A stretch of DNA of 32,000 nucleotides from assembly GCA_016700135.1 (NCBI GenBank), contig CP065004.1:1350001-1382000 (forward strand), written 5' to 3'. Source of the stretch: Candidatus Saccharimonadota bacterium (GTDB lineage Bacteria > Patescibacteriota > Microgenomatia > UBA1406 > GWC2-37-13). The notes below the pieces were generated by a model. That model saw only the letters and a list, made by a program, of their open reading frames with translations, was not told the origin of the DNA and ran no database searches. This document shows, piece after piece, positions 7,194 to 14,483 of this stretch; position 1 is the first letter of the stretch; each line of letters begins with the position of its first letter. The position numbers were made by a program, and so were the translations under genes.

Positions 7194-8819
7194 ATGAAGG
7201 AGGCAAGTGAGGAAATAAAAAACGCAGTTGTATATCTTCGTGTTTCAACGGAGGAACAAGTAGATAACTTTTCATTAGATACCCAAGAAGATATCTGTAC
7301 AAAGGACGCATTTCGCAAAGGCATCGAAGTTATAAAAATATTTCGAGAAGAAGGGCGATCTGCAAAAACCATCACCGGAAGACCAATCCTCATAGAAATG
7401 CTTGAGTATTGCAGAAAGAACAAAAAAAAGATTGACGCTGTCATTGTCTATAGACTTGATCGTATTTCCAGACAAACCGCAGACTATTTGGCAATAAGAA
7501 AGAAACTAGCTGAGTGCGGAATCACACTATTATCTGCAACCGAGCCAACTGGAAATAGTCCTACTGAAAAGCTGGTTGAAACAATTTTGGCTGGTTTTGC
7601 TCAGCTAGATAACGACGTAAGAAGTGAAAGAACTAAAAACGGTATGCGAGCACGTTTTTTGGCAGGATTGACAAACGGAACTGCACCACTCGGATACAAA
7701 AGTGTTGAGGGCTATGTAGTCAAGGATCCAGAGACCTGGGACAGTATTAAAAAAGCGTGGGATCTGATGGCAACTGGAAAAAAGACATTACAAGATATCG
7801 CGGATATTCTAAACGAATGGGGAGTTCGACAAAAAGTAAAAGGACAAGAGAAACCTTTGCGCCGTCAAACGATAAGCAGAATGTTTAAGAATAAATTCTA
7901 TGCCGGTATTTTAACCTCATCCAGATATCCTGAGGAAGTTAAAGGTCAGCATGTACCAATGATTACAGAATCGCATTACTACAAAGTTCAAGCAGTAATT
8001 GCAGGGAGAAATAACAGCATCAAGCTTCCCATTGTCAAAAAAAACAGAGACAATCCAGATTTTCCCTTAAGAAGGATTGTTAAGTGCGGAAAGTGCGGTA
8101 CGCCATTTACCGGCGGATGGAGCACTGGCAAATGTTCTAGGCATGCTTATTATTTTTGCAGGAATAGATGTGGAACACCTTCTGTAAAAGCTTATGAAGT
8201 TGATTTCACTACTGTTGAGTATCTACGCTCTATTACTCCAACTAACGAGTGTTTAGAAGCTTTTATAGCACTATTAAGAAACACCTATTATAAAAGAGTA
8301 GCCGCACTGCAAAAGAGGAAAACCCAAGCAGATGCAGAGCTAAAAAGACTGACGGAACTAAGACAAGCGCTCATTCAAAAAAACCTATCGGGGATCTACA
8401 GTGATGAAATATTTAAAGAGCAGAACAAAATTATCGAAGACCAAATGACTTCTATTCAAATGACAAAGGATGATGCGCTATTAGAAAAATATAATCTAGA
8501 ATCAATTATCGAATTTATGAAGCAGAAGTTTGCAGATCTTGGTAAAACCTATCAGGAATCTGACAACAGCCAGATTAGAGTACTTTTGGGTTCGATATTT
8601 CCTTCTGGAATAGTGTGGAGCTATCCAGGCTATTCGAACCACGAAATAAGCCCTTTATATCAATACATTCTGCACTTTCAGAATGATCAAGTCGCGTTTG
8701 GTGACCCCAACGGGATTCGAACCCGTGTCGCCAGGATGAGAACCTGGTGTCCTAGGCCTCTAGACTATGGGGCCAAAATTGCTTCAGTAGTTATGCGACA
8801 TCTTATAATAAGTTGGTGA
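7194..8819 (+). CDS. large serine recombinase (resolvase/invertase N-domain, recombinase domain, zinc ribbon, coiled coil)
   Basis: The catalytic-Ser motif is AVVYLRVSTEEQ, with YRLDRISRQ nearby. The Cys-rich ribbon is CGKCGTPFTGGWSTGKCSRHAYYFCRNRCG. A coiled-coil-like segment runs RVAALQKRKTQADAELKRLTELRQ. The last ~40 codons (8699-8819) run antisense through the tRNA-Glu gene, so the true C-terminus is uncertain. Confidence 0.85.
   Translation: MKEASEEIKNAVVYLRVSTEEQVDNFSLDTQEDICTKDAFRKGIEVIKIFREEGRSAKTITGRPILIEMLEYCRKNKKKIDAVIVYRLDRISRQTADYLAIRKKLAECGITLLSATEPTGNSPTEKLVETILAGFAQLDNDVRSERTKNGMRARFLAGLTNGTAPLGYKSVEGYVVKDPETWDSIKKAWDLMATGKKTLQDIADILNEWGVRQKVKGQEKPLRRQTISRMFKNKFYAGILTSSRYPEEVKGQHVPMITESHYYKVQAVIAGRNNSIKLPIVKKNRDNPDFPLRRIVKCGKCGTPFTGGWSTGKCSRHAYYFCRNRCGTPSVKAYEVDFTTVEYLRSITPTNECLEAFIALLRNTYYKRVAALQKRKTQADAELKRLTELRQALIQKNLSGIYSDEIFKEQNKIIEDQMTSIQMTKDDALLEKYNLESIIEFMKQKFADLGKTYQESDNSQIRVLLGSIFPSGIVWSYPGYSNHEISPLYQYILHFQNDQVAFGDPNGIRTRVARMRTWCPRPLDYGAKIASVVMRHLIISW
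8699..8774 (-). tRNA. tRNA-Glu (anticodon CUC), CCA encoded
   Basis: The reverse complement is GGCCCCATAGTCTAGAGGCCTAGGACACCAGGTTCTCATCCTGGCGACACGGGTTCGAATCCCGTTGGGGTCACCA. It folds as a cloverleaf with a 7-bp acceptor stem, an anticodon stem CCAGG/CCTGG with loop TTCTCAT, and a T-arm ACGGG-TTCGAAT-CCCGT. It aligns position by position with E. coli tRNA-Glu. Confidence 0.9.
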
Positions 8820-8884
8820 ATATATATACACATTATATACATACGTCACACTCAAACAGAGCCTCAGATAACCACTTATCACAT

Positions 8885-8913
8885 TTGACAACTACTTATT
8901 TCTAAGGTATTAT
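8885..8913 (+). promoter_or_regulatory. sigma70-type promoter upstream of greA
   Basis: TTGACA (8885-8890), a 17-nt spacer, then TATTAT (8908-8913). Confidence 0.5.
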
Positions 8914-8922
8914 TCTAACATT

Positions 8923-8967
8923 CATCCCCAGAGACAGCAACTGTAAGTTAACGGGGATGCTTTTTTT
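8923..8967 (+). terminator. terminator-like leader hairpin plus T7 tract immediately before the greA ATG
   Basis: The CATCCCC (8923-8929) / GGGGATG (8953-8959) stem has an inner ACAG/CTGT stem. It is followed by C and TTTTTTT (8961-8967), then ATG at 8968. The only SD-like GGGGA lies in the 3' arm. Confidence 0.4.
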
Positions 8968-9432
8968 ATGACAAGCACAAAAATTCAATTTACCAAAGAC
9001 GGATATAAGAAATTAGAGAGCGAATTGCAGGAATTGCAGACCACTCAGAGGCCTGCTGCAGTCGATCGTTTGGGGAGAGCCCGTGCGATGGGAGATCTTT
9101 CCGAAAACAGTGAATATACTGCAGCAAAAGAAGAACTGGCATTTGTAGAGGGCAGAATTAAGGAAATTGAAGAACTGATGAAACGCGCTGAAGTTGTCGA
9201 ATCCCAACCGTCACACGGTATCTCTATCGGTGCCGAAGTCACGGTCGAGCGCGAAGGACGTGAAGAGACCTACAGTATTGTCGGTGAGTTCGAAGCTGAC
9301 CTCATGCAGAAAAAACTTTCTGCTACCTCCCCTATCGGTCAGGCACTTATCGGAAAAAAAGAAGGAGACATGGTGGATGTAGAGGTTCCGGCAGGTACCA
9401 TTCACTACAAAATCCTCAAAATCAAAAAGTAA
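8968..9432 (+). CDS. greA: transcription elongation factor GreA
   Basis: 154 aa. The N-terminal coiled-coil domain carries AMGDLSENSEYTAAKEE, and the C-terminal domain reads ISIGAEVTV...SPIGQALIGKKEGDMVDVEVPAG. Confidence 0.9.
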   Translation: MTSTKIQFTKDGYKKLESELQELQTTQRPAAVDRLGRARAMGDLSENSEYTAAKEELAFVEGRIKEIEELMKRAEVVESQPSHGISIGAEVTVEREGREETYSIVGEFEADLMQKKLSATSPIGQALIGKKEGDMVDVEVPAGTIHYKILKIKK

Positions 9433-9483
9433 CGACGGACACAATCATACTTTGCGTCGTTATCCCCGACCCCGCTCGGGGAT
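9431..9483 (+). terminator. tandem hairpins after greA (possible terminator; weak U tract)
   Basis: AACGACG (9431-9437) pairs with CGTCGTT (9455-9461). ATCCCCGA (9462-9469) pairs with TCGGGGAT (9476-9483). The following sequence is CCATTCTT. Confidence 0.35.
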
Positions 9484-9543
9484 CCATTCTTGAATTATAA
9501 TAGAGGAAATATTGTAGTACGCTGTTATAATAGCTTTATACCT

Positions 9544-11655
9544 ATGAACCAACAATCAAGTGACCTCCTGGGTCAACGCACCCAACGGATACAAAACATG
9601 AAGAAGCTTCAGGAACTGGGTATCAATCCCTACCCTGCCACATCTCAAAAAGATGTATTTCATCAGACTGTAAAGGACAGTTATGATGAATATCAGGGGA
9701 AAACTGTCACTCTTGCAGGACGGCTTACCGGCAAACGGGAACACGGGAAACTGATTTTTGGTGATATACAGGATCAGAGCGGCTCAATCCAAATTGCCGT
9801 TAAGAAAGATGAACTTACTGAGGATATTTCCAAATCTCTTCTGGGTTGGAAAGAGCTGAAACTGATTGATATCGGTGATTTTGTACAGGTTGCGGGAATA
9901 ATTGATAAAACTCAACAGGGGGAAATCACGTTGTTTGTAAAAGAATTCAAACTTCTTTCCAAGTGTCTCAGACCCTTTCCGCAGACATTTGATGATAAAG
10001 AGCAGCAATTCAGAAGACGATATGTCGATCTCGTGGTCAATCCCGACCGCAAGCGATTGTTTGAACGAAAAGCCATTTTCTGGAAAGCAAGCCGTGACTT
10101 TATGAACGATCATGGATTCATGGAAGTTGAGACTCCGGTGCTGGAGCATGTCACGGGAGGCGCAGATGCTCAGCCGTTTGTCACCCACCACAACATGCTT
10201 GATCAGGACTTTTACCTTCGTATCTCAACCGAACTTTATCAGAAAAGATTGATCGGAGGAGGATTTGAAAAAATATATACGATCGGACCGAATTTCCGGA
10301 ATGAGGGGCTGTCAGATGAACACTTACAGGAATATTATCAGCTCGAATGGTATTGGGCATATGCAGATTACCGTGACAATATGAAACTGGTAACCGATCT
10401 TTTCAGATATCTTGCACAGAAGATGTACGGCAAGACGAAATTTTCCTCCCGCGGACATGAGTTTGACCTCTCTGACGAATGGAAGGAAGTTGACTATGTC
10501 CGGGCTATCAAAGAAAGATTTGATGTCGATATTTTTGAAGATACCGAGGAAAAAATGCTCCAAAAACTAAAAGAAGCAGGAGTTGAATTGTCAGGAGTTG
10601 TGAACAGAAACAGACTAATTGACAACCTCTGGAAAGTCATCCGCAAGGACATCGCCGGTCCGGCATTTCTCGTGAATGAACCGGCTTTTATGTCTCCTCT
10701 TGCAAAAGCCAAATCCGATGATCCGCGTCTGACTGAAAGATTCCATGTCATCATTGCAGGATCTGAGCTCGGCAACGGATACACGGAGATCAACGATCCG
10801 CAATATCAGTTGCAGCAGTTTCTTGGACAGCAGGCTCTTCGGGAAACGGGTGATGAAGAAGCACAGATGCTTGACATTGATTTTGTTGAGATGCTTGAAT
10901 ACGGCATGCCGCCTACAAGCGGTTACGGACAAAGCGAACGGATTTTCTGGTTTTTTGAAGATATTACCGGTCGGGAAGGCACCCTCTTTCCTCAACTCCG
11001 CAATGAAGTAGATAAGATCACGAAGGAAATATATCCTGAGGTGAAATTCGTTCAGGCTGCAAAACAAACAGCAAGATCAACCGATTCTGACGATCTTTCA
11101 GGATTGCCGACACGTGAGGAAGCTCATAAGCTGCTTGAAGAACATGTAAAAGAAGATTATCAAAAGCTTCATGCCAACATGACCGCACGTGCTATGGAAC
11201 TCTATGCAAAAGAATACGGTCAGAATGAAGACTTGTGGTATATCACCGGACTGCTTCATGACCTTGATTATTTTGAACATCCTGACGAACATCCCAATGA
11301 ATCACTGAAATGGTTTGCTGACTGGAAGTATCCGAACAGCATGATTCATGCTGTGGCGGCACATGCTCATTCATCCGGAAGGACTGATGTTGCACCGCAG
11401 ACACAGCTTGATTTTGCCCTTATAGCTTGTGATGAACTGTCCGGGCTTCTCTATGCCTACAGTCTGATGAGACCGACAGGCTTTGACGGAATGGAAGCAA
11501 AGTCCGTGATGAAAAAATTCAAAGACAAGGCATTCGCAGCAAAAATCGATCGTGAAGAAATAAAACTCGGTGTCGAAGGGCTGGGTGTAGATCTTAAGGA
11601 ACACATGCAAAAGCTCATTGATGTCTTCAGTCAGATGCCGGAGTTGAAGAAGTAA
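9544..11655 (+). CDS. lysS: lysine--tRNA ligase (class II) with a C-terminal HD-superfamily hydrolase domain fused in frame
   Basis: The LysRS core runs from MNQQSS...RTQRIQNMKKLQELGINPYP and includes FRNEG, IIAGSELGNGYTEINDP and GMPPTSGYGQSERI, ending at ~TLFPQLRNE (about 11007). About 215 further residues resemble stand-alone ~190-aa HD hydrolases: LHANMTARAMELYA, GLLHDLDY (HD at 11257-11262), HAVAAHAH and KKFKDKAFAAKIDREEI. The ATG at 9544 is preferred over the TTG at 9490. Confidence 0.85.
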   Translation: MNQQSSDLLGQRTQRIQNMKKLQELGINPYPATSQKDVFHQTVKDSYDEYQGKTVTLAGRLTGKREHGKLIFGDIQDQSGSIQIAVKKDELTEDISKSLLGWKELKLIDIGDFVQVAGIIDKTQQGEITLFVKEFKLLSKCLRPFPQTFDDKEQQFRRRYVDLVVNPDRKRLFERKAIFWKASRDFMNDHGFMEVETPVLEHVTGGADAQPFVTHHNMLDQDFYLRISTELYQKRLIGGGFEKIYTIGPNFRNEGLSDEHLQEYYQLEWYWAYADYRDNMKLVTDLFRYLAQKMYGKTKFSSRGHEFDLSDEWKEVDYVRAIKERFDVDIFEDTEEKMLQKLKEAGVELSGVVNRNRLIDNLWKVIRKDIAGPAFLVNEPAFMSPLAKAKSDDPRLTERFHVIIAGSELGNGYTEINDPQYQLQQFLGQQALRETGDEEAQMLDIDFVEMLEYGMPPTSGYGQSERIFWFFEDITGREGTLFPQLRNEVDKITKEIYPEVKFVQAAKQTARSTDSDDLSGLPTREEAHKLLEEHVKEDYQKLHANMTARAMELYAKEYGQNEDLWYITGLLHDLDYFEHPDEHPNESLKWFADWKYPNSMIHAVAAHAHSSGRTDVAPQTQLDFALIACDELSGLLYAYSLMRPTGFDGMEAKSVMKKFKDKAFAAKIDREEIKLGVEGLGVDLKEHMQKLIDVFSQMPELKK

Positions 11656-12223
11656 ACTCACGATACATCAGGATCTCATCAATATATTCATCCCGATACC
11701 AGACACCGCCGGGAAGTTTTCCGTAATCCTTGAAACCGAGCTTTTGGTATAGGTTATGCGCTCTGTCATTGAGAGAATATACGTAAAGAATGATAAGCCT
11801 GATCTCCGAGAGGTATTTTGCACCTTCTTCGAAAACTGTTTTTGCCATTTCCTCACCGAGACCGACGCCGCGATATTCAGGAAGGACGGAAATTCCGAAT
11901 GTTGCAATATGTCTGGCACGACGTCGGCTGTCAGTCTTCCTTTCTAGAGACACTGAACCGATAACTTTATCTTCTGCCACGGCAATAATTAAGATGCAGT
12001 CTTCCTCTTCCATCCCTTCAAACATCCGGGTAAGATACAGTTTTTCATCTTCCTCTGTGACGACCTCACCAGAAAATGTAATAAATGTATCTTCAGAAGA
12101 CATGGTATTGATAAACTCTCTCATCCCTTCCTCGTCTCCCCAGGAGGGATATCTCAAAATCACTTCCCGGCCGTCTTTTGTAACTATTCGTTTTATTTCC
12201 TCACCGAGATGGATATCTGACAT
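11627..12223 (-). CDS. GNAT-family N-acetyltransferase
   Basis: The acetyl-CoA binding motif is VLPEYRGVGLGEEMAK, followed by NDRAHNLYQKLGFKDYG. The ATG at 12223 (MSDIHLG) is preferred over the TTG at 12232. Its 3' end overlaps the lysS 3' end by 29 nt (convergent). Confidence 0.8.
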   Translation of the reverse strand: MSDIHLGEEIKRIVTKDGREVILRYPSWGDEEGMREFINTMSSEDTFITFSGEVVTEEDEKLYLTRMFEGMEEEDCILIIAVAEDKVIGSVSLERKTDSRRRARHIATFGISVLPEYRGVGLGEEMAKTVFEEGAKYLSEIRLIILYVYSLNDRAHNLYQKLGFKDYGKLPGGVWYRDEYIDEILMYREFTSSTPASD

Positions 12224-12365
12224 ATTTATCAATAATGGTTATAAAATATAAAAAATTGCTTATTTTTTTAAAATTCTTGCAAATTTATTCATATTTTCTA
12301 TTATACTTTAATGAAACTTATTATAATCTGAATAAATGTTCTGATATAAACTTATCCTGTACTCT

Positions 12366-13160
12366 ATGAAAAAACTATTGCTTTGTCCTCCTACCTTCTA
12401 TGATATCAGGTATGAGATAAACCCGTGGATGGATCGCAACAACGCAATCGATAAGACGAAAGCACAGGAAGAATACAATACACTTACATACGCATATGAC
12501 CAGCTGGGGATTCAGTATGAAGAGCTCGGATGTGTCGAAGAACTTCCGGATCAGGTATTTACCACGGATCTCGGTCATGCCGAAAACAATATTTTTATCA
12601 AAGCAAACTTCAAGTATTCTGAACGGCAAAAAGAAGCCGACATAGCCGAAGAATATTTCAAACAAAGGGGATTTGAAATAAAAACCTTACCTGATGATGT
12701 CTACTTCGAAGGAGGAGACTTTCTGAAAATGGGAGAGATCTACCTGTTCGGTTACGGAAAAAGATCCTCAAAAGATGCGACTGCTCATCTTTCGGACATA
12801 TTAGGAAAAGAAATACTCTCACTGGAACTGCCTGATGAATATTTTTATCATCTCGACACCTGTGTCGCACCACTAAACGAAGATACCGTGCTCGTACATG
12901 AAAAAGCGCTAACAGACGAAGGGCTTGCACTCATTAAAAAGCAATTTAAAACTGTCATTCCGACATCCGAAACCGACAACAACAATTTTGCCTGCAATCT
13001 GGTCACATTCGAAAACGACCTCATCATGACTCAAGGAATCTCCAATGAACTGAAAGATATACTCACCCACATGGGCTTCCGTATCATCACAATTCCCATG
13101 TCCCAATACCTCAAAGGCGGCGGCAGTGTCCATTGCGTAAGCATGGAGATTTTTGAGTAA
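12366..13160 (+). CDS. amidinotransferase-fold enzyme (DDAH/arginine-deiminase-like guanidino-group modifying family)
   Basis: N-terminal LLLCPPTFYDIRYEINPWM, internal YFEGGDF and FYHLDTC, and the C-terminal catalytic-Cys context KGGGSVHCVSMEI. Confidence 0.65.
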   Translation: MKKLLLCPPTFYDIRYEINPWMDRNNAIDKTKAQEEYNTLTYAYDQLGIQYEELGCVEELPDQVFTTDLGHAENNIFIKANFKYSERQKEADIAEEYFKQRGFEIKTLPDDVYFEGGDFLKMGEIYLFGYGKRSSKDATAHLSDILGKEILSLELPDEYFYHLDTCVAPLNEDTVLVHEKALTDEGLALIKKQFKTVIPTSETDNNNFACNLVTFENDLIMTQGISNELKDILTHMGFRIITIPMSQYLKGGGSVHCVSMEIFE

Positions 13161-13273
13161 AATAGGAAGTCAAAATGAAGTATACGCATTTTGAAGATTC
13201 ATAAAGATATAATAATATGAGCGCAGTAATCAAAATATATCTTTTTATAACTGCCATCCATTACGTACTGGCT

Positions 13274-14477
13274 TTATAAAAAGTATATTTTGTGTTACAA
13301 GCGAATTCATACAACACGAAACGTATGAATAAGTTACGAAAGATATGGCACTCATAGGGAACTAACATCTATGAGTAAATGGGGAGGAGATCAGCTTCGA
13401 GTAATTAGGAGTTATGACTGGCAGTACAATAGAGATCTTATGAAAAAGATACGATCTCTATCAGACTACAATCAGTCAGATGTAGCACAAATCAGAAACG
13501 ATGTTCTGACATTTGCAGAGAAGTACGGGATACAAGCTGCAGTTGATGCATATGGGATATCACGAAGGACATTGTTTCGATGGAGGAAGAGACGGCGAGA
13601 TTCAGAAGGGCAGTTGGATAGCCTGATACCAGAGACAACCAAGCCAAAGACACCCCGACGTATGGAGACTCACCCGAAGGTCATATCCTTTATCAAAGAG
13701 ATTCGAGAACAATACTTTTGTTTGGGAAAGGAGAAGATCAAGCCCTTACTTGATGAGTATTGCCTACAGGAAGGAATTTCAACTATATCTGAGTCAACCA
13801 TTGGAAAAGTGATCAAAAGACACAACCTGCAGCGCAAGACCTACCGGATCTATCACAATCCAGCAAGTGGCTTTGCAAAACGGAAAGTAAAGTACCGACA
13901 GAAGGTCAAGCGGTCTCCCAAGGTGGAAGATACCGGATACATTGAGATTGATACCATCACGAAGTTTGTACACGGAATCAAGCTGTATGTCTTCAATGCA
14001 GTGGACATCAAACTCAAATTCCAGTTCTCCTACGGATACTCAAAACTCAACAGCCGAAACGGTGCTGATTTTATGAGAAGACTGGAACTAGTATACCCAA
14101 TACAAGATGGTATAAAAACCATACAAACAGATAACGGCCTCGAGTATCTGGGAAACTTCCATGACTATCTGGAAGAAAACAATATCCCACACCTCTTTAT
14201 CTACCCCAGATGTCCCAAGATCAATGCCTTTATTGAGCGAGCAAACAGAACACTCCAGGAAGAATTTATGAACCCCTACATCTATACCAAGTGGACCGGT
14301 ATCGGATCATTCAATCGTCACCTTATTGAATACCTCGTCTGGTACAATACAAAGCGAGTTCACAAAAGCCTGAACAATATTTCACCTATGGATTACCTAT
14401 TATCTATTTTACCTAAAGAGTGCCATATGTATGGAACTCATACAACGTATTTACAAATTTTGTAGTATCATTTATAA
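13274..14477 (+). mobile_element. IS481-like insertion sequence (boundaries approximate)
   Basis: A single DDE/rve transposase ORF is flanked by imperfect inverted repeats. The outer pair is TTATAAA (13274-13280) / TTTATAA (14471-14477). The inner pair is ATATGGCACTC (13343-13353) / GAGTGCCATAT (14418-14428). ACGTATGAATAAGTT on the left partly matches the reverse complement ACGTTGTATGAGTTC on the right. No clear target-site duplication was seen. Confidence 0.6.
13371..14465 (+). CDS. DDE (rve-type) transposase, IS481-like
   Basis: The N-terminal HTH is YGISRRTLFRWRKRRR. The catalytic triad contexts are YIEIDTIT, IQTDNGLEY and FIERANRTLQEE. The motif WYNTKRVHKSLNNISP is typical of rve transposases. 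Confidence 0.85.
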   Translation: MSKWGGDQLRVIRSYDWQYNRDLMKKIRSLSDYNQSDVAQIRNDVLTFAEKYGIQAAVDAYGISRRTLFRWRKRRRDSEGQLDSLIPETTKPKTPRRMETHPKVISFIKEIREQYFCLGKEKIKPLLDEYCLQEGISTISESTIGKVIKRHNLQRKTYRIYHNPASGFAKRKVKYRQKVKRSPKVEDTGYIEIDTITKFVHGIKLYVFNAVDIKLKFQFSYGYSKLNSRNGADFMRRLELVYPIQDGIKTIQTDNGLEYLGNFHDYLEENNIPHLFIYPRCPKINAFIERANRTLQEEFMNPYIYTKWTGIGSFNRHLIEYLVWYNTKRVHKSLNNISPMDYLLSILPKECHMYGTHTTYLQIL

Positions 14478-14478
14478 T
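14451..14478 (+). promoter_or_regulatory. outward-facing or hybrid promoter at the IS right end, directed into add
   Basis: TTACAA (14451-14456, inside the transposase 3' end), a 16-nt spacer, then TATAAT (14473-14478). The add ATG at 14484 is 5 nt after the -10 hexamer, and no SD is present. Confidence 0.4.
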
Positions 14479-14483
14479 AGTTT

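Larger units (their letters stand above)
1..8774. mobile_element. integrated mobilisable/conjugative-type genomic island (partial; left end outside window) abutting tRNA-Glu
   Basis: The segment is AT-richer than the rest of the window, by eye roughly mid-30s % GC against mid-40s %. Its gene content is a serine recombinase, a T4CP-like ATPase, Replic_Relax, an ArdC-like protein, a small repressor and orphans. The recombinase lies directly against the 3' end of a tRNA gene. Confidence 0.55.

Noticed and set aside
8632-8640. A 9-nt copy of the tRNA T-arm sequence ATTCGAACC lies 83 nt upstream of its copy in tRNA-Glu (8715-8723). I considered it as a possible att core or tRNA remnant.
   Set aside because: It is too short to be significant. 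A 9-mer repeat is not very improbable in 32 kb on two strands. It also lies inside the conserved-looking recombinase coding sequence, and the flanking bases do not extend the match.
9490-9543. An upstream TTG start would add 18 residues (MNYNRGNIVVRCYNSFIP) to LysRS.
   Set aside because: The extension overlaps a promoter-like TGTTATAAT and has no LysRS similarity. The ATG at 9544 gives a normal N-terminus.
9784-11067. Several antisense or off-frame ORFs of 60-150 aa lie inside lysS (for example 9784-10191, 10324-10563, 10494-10793 and 10615-11067).
   Set aside because: They are shadow ORFs within a strongly supported conserved gene. Their sequences are low-complexity, with no family motifs.
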